Shown here in pieces: positions 37,938 to 52,500 of a stretch of 64,000 nucleotides of DNA. The first letter of the stretch is position 1. Every line of letters starts with the position of its first letter. Location: NCBI GenBank assembly GCA_965637545.1, contig OZ281497.1, positions 20,026,001-20,090,000 on the forward strand, in the 5' to 3' direction. A program made the translations under genes and the position numbers. The DNA is from Phallusia mammillata. Its lineage: Eukaryota. Below the pieces are notes generated by a model that searched no databases, was not told where the DNA came from, and worked only from the letters and a program-made list of their open reading frames with translations.

Positions 37938-40522
37938 TCAATCGACAAACAAAGACGCTTTGTTATTTGTTGAGGCCGTATATTTAAATTGGTACAAACA
38001 CGGTGGCACAAAGTTGTAAGTCGGGCCAAGCTTTTCGGTGGAGTTCGGATTTAAGTTTAAATAAGACGATAGTTTCATTTCCCCTGACTTGGTCGTAAGT
38101 TTAACGTGGTAAATCGATCGTTTGGGCCCACTTACAACTCTTTGGTGGCAAATTCTTTCGTCGCTATTTTGCCACTTTGGCACTGTTTTGACTTTAATGC
38201 GTCTGTTACAGTAATGTATTCTTCTTATTCGTCTCCAATTCGTTTCATTAAATTTCTTTCAAATCTAGACTGGTTGGTCTTTACGCGTGTTGCGGTTTCG
38301 TTTGTATTAATAGGCTACACGTATCGGCCTTTGTTAAAAGATATGCTGCTATTCACTGTGTGAAGCTTATTGCCTGTTAATCGCTATGCAAGTCGCGCAG
38401 GTATAGTTTTAATTTGGGACTGACTTACGTATTGTTAGCACAGGCGGTATATTTATTTGTGAATATAAGTCGCAAAACTGTGTGATGGGTCCGCATTACT
38501 TTTGAGATATTTATCTATGGTGTTCATGACATTTGTGCTTTTGCCCTTTTCTGTGTTTTTCACCTTTGTTTTATTGTCCTGCCTGTTGATATTGCTTGGG
38601 TGCTTACTCGAGTTGTTAATATAAGTTGCCAACAGGCATTAAATATCTTCTTTTTTCTGATTTCTTTGAATTATTTTAAATACAATGTTTAAAGGTCCAT
38701 TGCAAGAATAATGATATTAGACTGACTCTGCAGTGAAGATCTATCATGATAATTGTTTCTGCATGGGTTGGGTATTGTGCGACATGTACAGTACGACGTA
38801 AACACACCAAACGACATATGCTGGAAATTTAAAAAGGGTGTTCATTCATTGCCCATGTAACGTCAGCTTTGTTTTTTGTACTATTTTTAAATCTAAAATT
38901 ATTTGCAAATAAGTCCCCAGTCTTCCGACAGCAAGAATTTCGAGCAATACAGTTTTCTACTTTACATTTTTGGTTAATTAACAGACGCCGCTTTCCGCGA
39001 ATGGACTTTGCTTTAGGCATGTACTACCAAAAATGAATACTGATCGGGAGAATTGACAAAATCTATTTTAGTCGCAGAAACTACTCCGAATGTCTGAATT
39101 GCATGGTGGTAGTCAAAACCATTGATGAATATTCATGCTATCAGCTGAAAACTTAGCTCTTTTATATGACATCACAGTTATTTAAGAACAAGTATATTGT
39201 TTCCAGTCTGCCGAAAATAGTTTGTCTAACCGCATGGGGCAGTGCTGAGCCATTCAAAATACGTAGTAATTTGCACAATTGTTTTAACAAACAATCATCT
39301 TCACGACGCTATTTAACAAAACAACTAATGGCCGTAAACTTCCAAAGCAGTTTTTATGTCGCTGCCTAGCAACATAACAAGATTAAATCGTAAGATTAAT
39401 CTTTAAATCATAATGTTCAATAACCATAAGCCACCTTTATCAAAGTCAATTTGACTTTGAAGTTATCCAGCGACATTCTGTTTGTTTAGTAAATGCGATA
39501 GACCTAAGCCTAAAGGCTTTAAGTTTGCGATATAAATCCGTTGCTCTATTTATGTGGATGTGTAATAGTTTTTGCGCAACAGAAATAAAGACTAGTAATT
39601 GCATTGTGTTCGAAACAACATTGAGGTAATTTTGTGCGTCTTGTGTGCAATAAATAGCTATTAACATGACAAGGTAAATCTTATTTTTTTAGGTGGCATT
39701 GTGTTGTCAAAACAAACCTATGAGATAACAATCTGCGATCCACTTTCTACCAAGTTCGTAGACGAGTCGAAGATATACGATTAGAGACTGATCAATAGTG
39801 AGCTAATACAACCCCCTGCCTGACGATAAGATTATAGTTATCCTGAGCCTTCCCTCTCTCTTCATCACTTAGCAACCGGCCGCTTCGTGTACCTGCCGAC
39901 GCGCCACAGACCGCCACTCAACCGTGACGCAACATGAGACGAGCATTGCGCTTTTGTGAAGCGACAGCCTTTTGTCACAACTATTTAGGAATCGAGCCAG
40001 TATCGTTTAGGCTTTTTCACAGCGGCCGTCATTTGACCTGCTATGGTAGATTAGCATCAATGGAGTATTATTTAGGCAATATTGAGACATCGATATTGTT
40101 GTGAAACGTGTCGCGAGCAAAGAGACAAAGATTAACATTTTTAGGCTGTTTGATCTGAACCTGCTGTTATGTCGGGCCTGAAAAACAGTAGGTCGTGTGT
40201 TGTAAATAGTTTCACAGAGCTCAGTGTATGCCTGACTGTAATCTACTGCGCTCGGTTACTCGAAGACCACAGTTTGAATTCAAGTGCACTTGTACAGCCG
40301 AAAGTGGTCTGTATTGTGGACCAGAGGCTTAAAGCTGTGTAACTAGATTTGCGAGCATTAAAATTGCAGAAAGCTCGATAGAACCACATGTTCCAACAAG
40401 CTCAATTGTTTTTCAGCTTAAAAGAGAGTCTAAACACATAATAATCATGCAGTTAGAGTAAATTAACTTGATACAATGTAAATGACCAGTTAGGCACGTG
40501 TTGTAAGCAAAGATTGATCACT

Positions 40523-43500
40523 ATGGAAACACCGTCCTCGGACAGTCAGGATTCCTTGTTTTTTCATTTGCAACGCAACCCTGTACGTCAGTACAGGCGC
40601 GTGCGAAAGGAACCCGAAGAGCTACCACAAGCCTTACGGTAAGTGCTATGAACAAAAAACGTTTTGTTGCGCTATGTAAACATATCGAGCGTTGTGTCAA
40701 TACCGAACCATTTTAATCAGATACTTCAAGTATGCCAACTTAAATCCGCGCATCGCTGCTTTTCTGGGAAAGCAGGACCCTAAAAGTATGCTCAAACGCT
40801 CCAAAACACAAGGCGGCAAAGATGGAAAGGAGGGCTCCGGTGCGGCACCTAACGGTGGACTGATGGGAGGCGAATTCGGTAACGACCTTAGTCAAGAAGC
40901 AAGGCGCCTGTTACCTGAAATTGGACATGGCATGCGACTTGGTGGCCTGGGTGGTTTTGACGAGGAAGGTTTTGGGCAATCACGACTTTCTTTTAACAAC
41001 GAAATTGACGACCCTCAGCGTTATCAGTTCGAGGAAACTACGTTTGCAGCACCCAACATTCTACGGGAGCTAGCGGACATTTTAAGTAGGTTTGAATCGT
41101 CATTTAAGGAATACGTTCATCGTACAACCTTATACGACCCCGACACAGGAGATCCGCTGCCTCCTGAAAATACAAATCCATCTGTCCTGCTACCACCCGG
41201 TGTTACAAATTTGCTAACCCAAACTTGGGACGAGGTCGTTTCAGAAACAATTTATACCCACCGGGTGTGGCAAACCACGGCCTATAAAGCAGCTTATAAC
41301 TTCGGCACGGGTGCAACAAGCGGAAAGCAAGAGCCGTCCCAGCATCATACAGACAATTTGACTGTCTCCGCACCTGCTCTAAACAGTGAAAAACAAGCTG
41401 CTCCCACCGTAAGCATAATGAAACCCGAGCTCAAAAGTATCGTAGATCTATTGGACGAAACGAGAGCTAAGGCTCATAGCAAGCGTGATGGCGACCGTAC
41501 TGATTCACGAGGAAGTGCTGAAAAGAAAAAGTCAAAAGGAATTGCAAAGGACGCCATTTTGCAAAACCTAACAGTGCCGGGTGAGTTTTTTGTTTTAAAA
41601 AGGAAAATTTAATACCACAGACCCACGGCACTTTGTTTAAACCAGGCTAAATTACTGCCTTTATGTCGACATAAAATGCAACAGTTGCCAATTATTCTGT
41701 CACGCAACTATTGTCACGTGTATTGGTGGCAACCAAAGCTTAATTGTTAGTTTGTGAAAATACCTGTCGAAATGACCGACGACGACAATAATGAGGGCGA
41801 GGACAGAGATGAGGGAAGGAGGCGAAATGAAGTTGTAATCGTAGAATTGTGTAATTTTACGTTGTCGGAACTGGACATTTCAAAAAGAAGGGGCAGGACT
41901 AGGAGATATAGCAATGAATTCAGAGGTAAACCTTGTATTTGTACAGTAACCAGTCAAGTAACAGATGAACATGTAGATTATTTTGTCAGTTATTGTGAAG
42001 CCATATGTATGCATGTTTGATGTAAAAACTGTGTTGCGAACTTTAGACACACCTAGCAAGTTTCAGTGATTCATTTCGAAGCAAAAGAGCCAGGAGAAAG
42101 TCAGTTGGGTTTGATTACCGCAGTTTTAGACAAGGCAAGTCAGACAGTCACAGTTTTATCTCTAAAAAAGAGACAGTGAACGACACAGATATTCAATCTC
42201 AGAATGCAGGTAGGCACCCAGACAGGAAAAATATGCAAAGGAAAATGTCTTGGAGTCTTTTGGTTTGTGTTTACATTCACGTTTATGTACGTCAAGTTAC
42301 ATATTTTCCAATGTTCAGAATCAAGTAAATCTATCCCCGACGATGAAAAAGCTAAAGGCTCGCGTGCACAGGACAGTTCGAAAAATGAGGACACTAACAG
42401 CACCGGCAGCAAAACACAGAGCTCGCACGCTAATTTAAAACCTAACGCCGCCAAATTAGCAAGAACAGCTTCAAAGTTAGGCCAAGTCAACAATTTGCGC
42501 AAGTCTAGAGGGACAATGGGAACTTTACTGTCCATACCAGAAGACAGCAGGCGAGGACGAAAGTCAGGTAAACTGTAATCAAATCCTTCTGTTTTTACTT
42601 GGGTAATAGGTTCAGAAAGTAATTTTGTCAGTTTGACAATTATTAACTTTCACAGCTTAGACACGTTTTTTGATATATTTATTTTATTTTTTTAGTTAAT
42701 AACTTTGGAAAAGGAAAAGATTGGTCATTACGTTCAAATCTCAGTATTGCCGGATTTGATGGTATGTACAACCGTTTACAACCGTATATATCCAATACAA
42801 TAACCTGCTATTTTTGTAAACAACCCTGAAAGAAGATGTAGTTGTTGTGTAGTACCAGCTTAAGGGGGGACAAAATGACATGGTTATGAAATAGTTTAAT
42901 CCTTTTTGACCTTTATAGGCATGATTTAGCAGGGGGAAAATGCAAACAATAAATCAAAAGTATGAGTTACAAACCAAAAAAACGTTACACTTTAGTATTC
43001 TTTGCATTTATAACTTTATAATTGACCTTGGACTGAACGTAACGGTAAACCTAAATCTCTTATAGCCGACAGGCCGCAGCGCCATGGTCATCAGACTGTT
43101 AGCTTTAATTTGACATCCAAAAAGGCTATGGACGAGGGTTGGATAGTTAAACAACAGACCGATCCAGATGTGGAACAAGACAACTTACTTGAGTGGGCCA
43201 CTAACCGACTGCAGACTGCAATTAAACAAAGGTATTAGTGTTGAAAGATAAACAAAGGTATTAGAAACCAGACTACAAAAGTAAATCCTATCTGCGTAAA
43301 TAACTTTAAAATCGTCATTTTTAATTTTATGTTGTAGAGAAGACGAGGATGACCGTGCCAAAAAGTCTGGCAGCACCAAACCTCTCATGATTCGTTACTA
43401 TGGAGACAGTCGAAGGGACACGTTGCTGAAACTTTACCGGTAGACCAGTTTGTTTCGTTTATTTCGTGGCTAAAAAGATAGAATAACCACATAATGGGCC

Positions 43501-46500
43501 ACTACTCCTGTGCAGGCTACTTACTCAATCTTCTATCCGTGGCAGTAATGATACGATCTTTTGTCAAGCACTAACATGTTGTGTTATTATGACAGAAAAG
43601 GCAACGAAAGCGATGGAAAAGCGGCAGCAATGGCGGCAGGGTTGTTACCTGGAAGAAAAACTGGTGTTGGAGCTATTAAAATTCCGTTACTGAATAAGAT
43701 GGAAAACAGTGAAAAGGAAAAGTTCATGGTGCAGCTTCCAGATGGATCAGTATCAGTATAGTAAGTGCCTTATTTTAGGTAGGTTAATTTAGGTAAACTT
43801 ATCCTTATTTTAATGTACATGCAGTTTCTTTAATCTGTTGTTGTATTTGGATGGGTGACCGCCTGGGAATACCGGGTGTCGTAGGCTTTTGCACATTTTA
43901 ATTCTGTAAACATTTTGTGATTGCTAACAATCCACATGCACAGACGCATCGTATCACATGGCTCTTTGGACAGTATAGCATAAAACAACTTAGTCCATGT
44001 CCTTTTACCTTTAAAAAAAACTGCGAGTCGAATTGCAGGATGTAACTTTTTGCAGTTTTATTGACACTCAAAAAATCAAAAAATAACCCCACATTTGAAA
44101 TGTGCATGGAAAATTAGTTAATTCTGCGAGATCATTGTTACGTCACAATAACAACCGTAATTACCCGCGAGCAATCGTCTACGACCATACCACGTTGAGA
44201 ACACCCCATCTCGTCCGATCTGGGAAGTTAAGCAACGTCGGGCCCGGTCAGTACTTGGATGGGTGACCGCCTGGGAATACCGGGTGTCGTAGGCTTTTGA
44301 TTTTTTCTTAGAACAAGTGGTTAGACACCAAATTTTCTACTTCAGTCATGTCAACGCAATAATTTTTTGTTGTCCACAAGTAAAACCGATATTTTTGCAG
44401 CTACCCGAAGAATGGGAACATAGCAGTAATGGCCAGTGCTGTGCCAAACTACCCAGGGCAGTTGTATGTCAACTGTTATGCAAACGACGATAAGCGGACC
44501 TGCTTAGCAGCATTTACACCATACGGAAAGGCAAGTAACACACATACATCACTGCTTCAGTCATGTCTCATTACGTTCTTATGTTGTGGCAAAGGAAAGC
44601 GTGTGTTCAACTGAGATGTTTTAAACAGTTTTTTCGCCCCTGCTTCCGCCGGTATCATTTTGCCAGACGGCCCCAAAATGAATGAAAATAATAATAACTA
44701 ATGTTGCTGCATTCAAAATTGCCGTTCATCGCGGCGATAATTTACAACCGTAGTTTTTTTTGTTCTGTATAATTAAGGGCATAGGTACACCTTTTTTCTA
44801 AATCCTTCACCAATGGATAAAAATTTCGAAACCAATTTGATAAAAGTTACAGTAGGTCCATAGTTGATTTGGTTGTTGCTGTAACCCAACATAGCACTAA
44901 CCCTTAGTCGATTTGCAGTCATGCTGTTACCACAAAGACGGCAGTCCTGGTCTAGTTCTCACCGATGAAGGAGGCTACTTGAAGTCAGAAGACGGGTCTG
45001 TGCTGAGAAAGTGGAATTGGCCAATGGCTGGGCTTAAACTTAAGGAAAACGTGGTTTTCCATCTGAACAAGGAAATGTATATCCGAGTGATGAACAAGAA
45101 CAACGTTACACTTAACTTTACTGCTAGCCGCGAGTCTGTGAAGATACCAGTGGGCGCTTTGCCCGGTCTGACCGCACCATCCCCAGCGACAGAGCAACAG
45201 GTATGCCTGGTCGAAATTTGTCACACGACATAAATATGTTTTCACTGTGATGAACCTATGCATTCGGACTTTGTTTTCCATTATTACGTTAAAAATTCTT
45301 TGCCAGTGCAAATTCGAGCACTAACCTGCCATCAGACAGTATCTAGGCCACAAAACGACATTTTCCAGTTTTGACTTGTGATATTTGATCGGCGTTACTC
45401 TGTCAAATCAGTCATTACGCATTTTGACGGACAAAATGATTTGGCTCAACGCAATTTTATATATTGTGTTCAATGCATGTGCAGCTACATTGCACTTTAC
45501 CTCTGCCAATTCGCGTCACATTGGAAAAAACGCGATGCAAAATTTATAGATCTATGTCAGGGCTCTTCAACCGGGGTTCCGCGGAACCCTAGGGTTCCGT
45601 ACTAACCTTACAGGGGTTCCGTGGTCTTTAAGGGTTGCTCAGGGGTTCGCAACGGTTTGTTGTACGAAAATGAATCATAACAATATCATTGTTGCGAAGA
45701 GCAATGCTCGCCTGTACAATCTAGTAGTTGGTTGCACCATTGATAAATTGTGACGTAATAAACATAGCCTTAATACACTCTGAAAAAATTGCGAGATAAA
45801 TGTAGAAACGACGGTTACAAGCAGTGTTTTTTTAAGGTGTTTTGGGGTGTTCAAATTTGTACAGGCGAGCTTTTAAGGTGTTCAAATTTCTCCAGCGGTT
45901 TCCCAAAATTTAGACGTGCAACTACAGTACTATTTTTTGGTATTTAATTGAAACACTTGCGGTCTCTTAAAACTACTTAGCGGTCACCCAAACCAAACCT
46001 TAAAAAAAACCTGGTTACAAGTAACACGGCAATGCGTTTCAGCGAATCGTTTAATTTAATTGAAGTAAACTTATATTTGAAGTTATAATTTAAATAAACT
46101 TAACTTATATATATTTTAATTGAAGTAAACTTATATTTTGTGCTTGGGGTGTGTTATGTAAAAATGCATGTTTTTCTTTGGTGTAGCCTATTACATTGGT
46201 TGAAACTATTTTATGGGGTTTCGCAAAGTTTGACAAGACAACTTGAGGGTTCCATGCCACTAAAAAGGTTAAAGAGATCTGATCTATGTATTTTTGTTGA
46301 CTTATATATTATACATTTATTAAGCCACGTTAGCAATGTTCGTTGCATGCAGACCGGGCTGCGTTCCGGCCTTCGTTTTTCGTCCAAGATCGCCAGCGAG
46401 TACCATGGTCTCCGTTCTGCTAAAGAAGATAAAAGCAGAGCAAGCAAACTCCGAAAATACGGACTTCGAAGATCGGTGAATACCCATTCCGTTCCATGTA

Positions 46501-49500
46501 CTTTATCCTATACAACAAAACACAACTGCATTCCATTTTTTAGATGCCATCACGGAAGACAGCTGAAGTGGAAGAATTGAAGCGTTCTTTGGAACCAGCC
46601 AACCGTTTTGAGTTCGAATCCCAGGCCGACCGGGATTTGCATCGACTTCAGGACAAGACCAAACATCTGGTTGATGAATGGATGGAACATTACAGGATAG
46701 CTGTTGGAATAAGCTCTCCCGCTCTGAAAAAGATGTTTGAAAAACCAGTGGTAATTTTATATTTTGTCAATAAATGTTTTTTTGTGTGTGTGCCCCGCTG
46801 GACTGCATAGACCAGGGGCGTGCAACTGTTTATCGCAGTGGGCCACAACTTACAGTTAAAATATTGCTGAGTGCCAGACAATAAAGCAACACATACATTT
46901 TTTAAACAATTTATTTAATAGCCCTTAGAGTACTTTTGATCAATGGGATATCTGCTAACCTTATCGTAGAATAAATCTCAATATATTTACTGCACCTATA
47001 AATCACGTACTGAATCAATTGCTAGAAAGGCAGTTCTTTCATAATGCACACTATGATGCAACAAAGGGAATATTTCGTCACAGTGGATAAAACTTTATCA
47101 CTATGTGAGGTTGTACAAAGTCAAAAATACCAGTGATGGTGTACAAATAGCAACATTCCATGCTCTATCAGTAAAAAGTATTGATAAGAAATAGAGTACT
47201 TTGAAGTCTGTGCGGGCCACAAAAATAGATGCCGCGGGCCGGACACTGGCCCGCGGGCCGTATGTTGCACGCCCCTGGCATAGACGCTTCAGGGATGATC
47301 CCAGTTATGACTTTATGTTCATCTTCTCTGACTACTGGTCAATCTGACGATCCTCCACTGCAAAGCTGAAATGTGTAACATACGAGGCTGGTAACCGCCC
47401 TCATTAGCTAACTTTTGACGTGTTCGCAGATGTGCCTGGGTAGCTCATTTGGTAGAGGACGAGTGTCAGACAGCCTCGTGTTGTGGGTTCGAATCCCACC
47501 GCATGCTATAGATTTTTCTATCTGTGCCTTGCCACATGGAAATGTTTGGTGGCCGGCCGATTCGATATTATGCCTTCAATGGACTTAGCGTACCATGATT
47601 TAAATGTTTTGTAGATATTCTGAATTTCTGTGTTGTTTGCAGCATAAGACGACACAACGTAAGATTCAAAGTGCGAGGACACGAAAACCTGCGGACGATG
47701 ACGATGAGTTAGTGGGCCAAGAAACAAAGTTTCAATCGTTCAGGTCGCCATCAGCCCCGCCGAAACACATGATGCCTGGTCCACATGTAAGTACACTTTT
47801 ACGATCATCAACCTCTGACTGAAAAATGTGCTGTTTTGAGATTAGAAATCGTGGCTCTCAGTAATACACTGGATAATAAAACAGACATTTTGTTACCCCG
47901 ACATTTCGACAAAAACGATTTGGTTAATAAAATGTACAATAAAATGTTTATGTTTTCTCCTGGTTAACATAATAAAAGTAATCTTTCTTCAAAAAAACAA
48001 CTTTTATAACAGACAACAAAAGTAACCATAAAATCGAAAACGTCAATTTCGACCAAGTAGATTAGTACAAATGGAACTTTACAAATATTTGTACACAAAA
48101 AGGCCTTTACGGTTCACTTGTTTTTGTAGTCGGTCATGATCAGGGATGAGCGACTTAAGAAGCATCCTTCAGCTATTGCTGGATCAACGTCCAAGAAGGG
48201 ACTCGACACCCATGTACGAATCGATGAAACACCATTAGACGTCAAATCATCAGGTATTATGAAGACGAAAATAATAAACTCTATCAGTGACAATTTAATT
48301 AAAACTTTGACTTGGTGTTTTAATTTATATTGTATATCGTATTTTGAGCACAACGTTAACAAAAAATTATAAAGGGCAAAAGTAAATAAATGACTGTTGC
48401 CTTTAATGCATTACTTCTTTTAATGCAGTGGTTCCCAAACTTTTTCATTATTTTGTCAAAACGGTTACTTTGTCATTATTTCGAGGGCTCGCGGTCCTTA
48501 AGCTGGAATGTGCATTTCAGGAAAACGAAAGTTGATTGCAGGATTTTCGCTAGTTATGCAAAATTGCGCATAATAATGATCTAAACTCTATAAAAGACAG
48601 CTTGTGACATTACAGACAAGACAAAAAAGCAGTACGATTGTGCGCGAACAATTGCATTTTTGATAGTTGTCTTTCAATAAAGGCTATTGTTTAGCAATGG
48701 AGACAGTCGATTTCTCAATTCTCTTGATTTAAACTTATTCAGTAGCACAAACTGACGCTAAATAAGATTATAGAATTACTTTACCCGCTTCGCGGTCCCC
48801 CCAAAATTGCCTCACGGACCCCTAAAGGACCGCGGACCCCAGTTTGGGAACCGCTGTTTTAATGTGATTAACGATGGCTTAAGCTGGCCAAGTATTTATG
48901 AAATAACAGTCTTTTCGCGTTTTGTTGCATTTGTGTTTAAGTAGTTTTTTTTTACTAAATCTAAACAGTTGCACATTAAATACATTTAAGCGTATTTTTA
49001 TATTTTCTTATGTTTTAATAGAATGTTAAAGTGAAACTCTTTGTTTAGTCTTGTCTACAATGCTTTACGCTTTTAACTGAGTCAAAACGTTTCTTGTAGC
49101 AAAGGAACCGATTTCGCATCGGACGCCTTCTACACCTGGATCCCGGCAACGACCTCATACTCTTGGTTCTCGTTCGTTCCAGCGCCCCCAGCGGTCGTCG
49201 TTGCGCACTAGTTCGAGCGCAGGAAGCAGTCCAACAAAATCGCCTGAAAAATCGTGGACGCCTGCGCCCGAATGCTGTCCTGTGGTGACTAGAAACAAAT
49301 TGCTCCACGATGGTATGTGCCGAAAATGTTTGTTGAATGTAGATCTAGATCTAGAGCCTTTGTAATGTAGTCCGTGATTTCCGCCATGAAAAGCTTACGT
49401 CTTTTGACATTATATATAGCATTGCAGGTGTTTCGCCTTATTACTATGTTGCCTTCAATGGCCTAAGCTTCAACAATGCCAAACCTCCGAAATAGATCAT

Positions 49501-52500
49501 CAAATGCACGAATTCAGTCCATGTACGCTGGCTGAAAACAATCATTGTAGTATATGTGTGTTAAATTTCCACATATTTCCACTTCAAGTTAAGCCTTATT
49601 TATGTGAACTTAATTTAATTACGTGACACTTTTCATACTGTGCCATTTGGAATGCCCTAGCCGCTAGGGCCTAGCGGACTGATCAAATCAGACAGCTTTT
49701 ATAATTGATACGTTTGTTTGCTTGAGCTTCAAACTTTTTGCTTGTACAGCCACCAAGCACCCGGACAAAACGTTTACGTGCAAGTGTAGCAAGCATCGCA
49801 TTCCGCTCATCAACGACCTCGAGCTCGACTACTTTCTCCGCATGGTGGCACCAGTGGCCCAGCTGATCGTGATCTGTGTGGTGAACAGCCTTTACCCAGA
49901 AGCCAGTCCGTACGATACCATGTTCGACAAACTTTACATCGATAGAAACAAGTTAGTGATTATTTTTTAGTGATTATTTTTTTACCCGCCTGTGGTGATT
50001 TAGGATGTATAGAAAAGTTTACAACTGCATTGAGGTATGGCGCCCACAATTAGCGCACCAAAGCAAAGTATTTTGCCAGACATTACTGTCATATTAGTTT
50101 GTTTTAAATTGCGTTTTTGATGTAAACTAAATTGTAACGAATGGATTTCAACAAAGACGAAACTACAACATCGGATTATGCAATGGGCCGATTAAATTTT
50201 TTTGTCAGTCGGTTCTATCACAAAAGTCATATTTTTCAGCCGGTTCTGTTACAAAAGTTATATTTCCATTGACAGTAACCAGTAATGCTAACCGGTTCGC
50301 TGATCTCATAAAATTTCGTGAGACGTTTCTATAGAACCGGTGCGAACCGGCTGAATCCCACCACTGGGTGTATGTACAGAACGATTTTGAACATGTTGCA
50401 AAAATATAATGGAGGACTTTCAAAAGAATGTGTGTGTGTAAAATCAACAAGAAGGGTTTTATTTATAGCGTAGCTCTTAGTAATAGTGTGATCTCTTCAT
50501 TTCTTTGTTTGAAAACTGTTTGAAATTTCTGGACTTTAATTTTATCTTGTTGCACAGAAACCGATCGAACCCGTGTTCTCAATCCAGGCACGATCAATAC
50601 CGCATCCTCCGCTACGATCTTTCTGTAGCGAAACTGGAATCGAAGCGTCCAACACCCCTGCTGCTAGGACGCCATAACGTCGTGCCTGGAATGACCTTGG
50701 TCAGTGACCTTTAATTTTAGGACTGATTTTATTCAATACAGGATCAAGATTTTGTTTAATATATAATCCACAACGGACACTTTTTCAGCAGTATTTATAC
50801 CTACTATTAAGTCAGGGTTCTTAACCAGGGGTGCACCCCCAAGAGGTACGAGAACTGTTCGTAGGGGGTGCGGGGATGCTGAATCATTAAGGTTGGTTAG
50901 GTCTATTTATTTAAGCAATTACAGAAGAGGGCGCGAAAATTGGTTGGTGATTTGAAAGCGGTGCAGCAAGGAAAAAGGTTAAAAACCACTGTATTAAGTG
51001 GTTCTGATTTGTAAGTCATGAAAAATCTATGACAGCCCCATATTGATAACATACAAAATTTATTACTGTTTTTTTTTAGTAGGCTTAAAGTGCACTTTTT
51101 TAGGATTGATAACTAACTTACAAGCATCGAGCCAATAAATAAGAAGCTGCAGATAAACTGGAGTGCCGTTGGATCGCTACACTAGCCAATACGACCGGTC
51201 TCTCTTCACAAGCTGCACTAATGAGACCATATAGGACGAAATAGTGTGCACTGTCTGCAGATAACTAATTTGTTTTCAAACACTTTACTGTGTACGGCTT
51301 CTGCAACTGACTTAACAGTTTAAAACCTGACAGTAAAACAATCCGTGTGCTTTTTGCAGATGTATTGCGGAGGTCGACTTTTGTTCGCCGATCACATTTT
51401 CAACGGTTACGGCAACGCAAGGAACGATTTCCGCAAGCAAGTATTCAGATCCAAACAGGAGTTTATGCTCGGGCATTTTCTACCCGATGATTTCAGGTAA
51501 AATACAAAAAAGCACATAATCAAAGTCATGATGGCCCTAACACTTATGTCTATTGTATTCGACAATGGACAAACTTCGATCGACTGTTCGATGTCATATT
51601 TATCATATTTTGTTATATTTAGTCGTTTGTTACAACGGAAACTTTAAATTAGGCTCTAGAACAGTGATTCCCAACCTGGGAGGAATACCTCCCAAGGGAG
51701 ACATATTAAAACTTTAGGGTGAAATTTCCTTTCTTCTGTAAATGTGGTTTGTAAATAGACACTTCAGCTCTGTAAATATAACCTGCGAAGTTGACAAACA
51801 ACCCAATTTTAAATAATCTTTGTATGGTTTAGCATCCACTATGTAGACCGAAAATATATTACAACAACAAAATTGTGTTCCCAGATTTACCCCTGGAACA
51901 GGAAAACCTGGTTTCCGTGCAGCCTGGGGCGGGGAAATTGGGGGAACTGGCGTTGGAGGTAAAGGAGCCCCTGGAATGTATTTTAGCGGTTCCAAGTCCA
52001 AATCGGCCGGGTTTAACCCCCCAGCAGCGCCACCCATCGATGAGACTCGATCTGAAGGTGACGTCACTTCGGACACTACTATCGACATAAAAATGCCCTC
52101 TTCAAAGTAAGTTTGGTATTTTTGTTCTTTTTAGCTTTTGTAAAGGTCCAGTAAACTTTCAAACAGATTTTTAGAGCTTTTTAAGTCAGCTGATTTGGTT
52201 TTAAGTTGAGAAAACGTGGCCCCAAGGAATGCCCTGACTGACATAGTGCAACCCGTCTTTTACAACCATCGAAACAAACAACCTTCGTTTTTTTTTAAAT
52301 CACAGTAGGCCAGGCCCATTAAAGGCGTTATACCGAATCAGCCGGTCACCAAGCATTCACTATACGACGAGGCTAGAAAATTCCGGTCCATTCGGTGTGA
52401 CGCCTTTAATGGGCCCGGGGTACTGTGATTTATATATGAGTGTGTCGTGATTGCTGGTCTGACGGTCATATAAACGCTTTAGGGCTGATCACAGTTGTGA

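Noticed and set aside
37414-38029. Several overlapping ORFs around the last vezatin exon
   Set aside because: Alternative-frame and antisense shadows of a long GC-richer exon.
51714-52088. 124-aa Pro-rich minus-strand ORF (MSIVVSEVTSPS...) that looks like a nested gene
   Set aside because: Exact antisense of C3orf20 exon 17 (51885-52106), which is splice- and phase-consistent on plus; the rest runs into a MITE.
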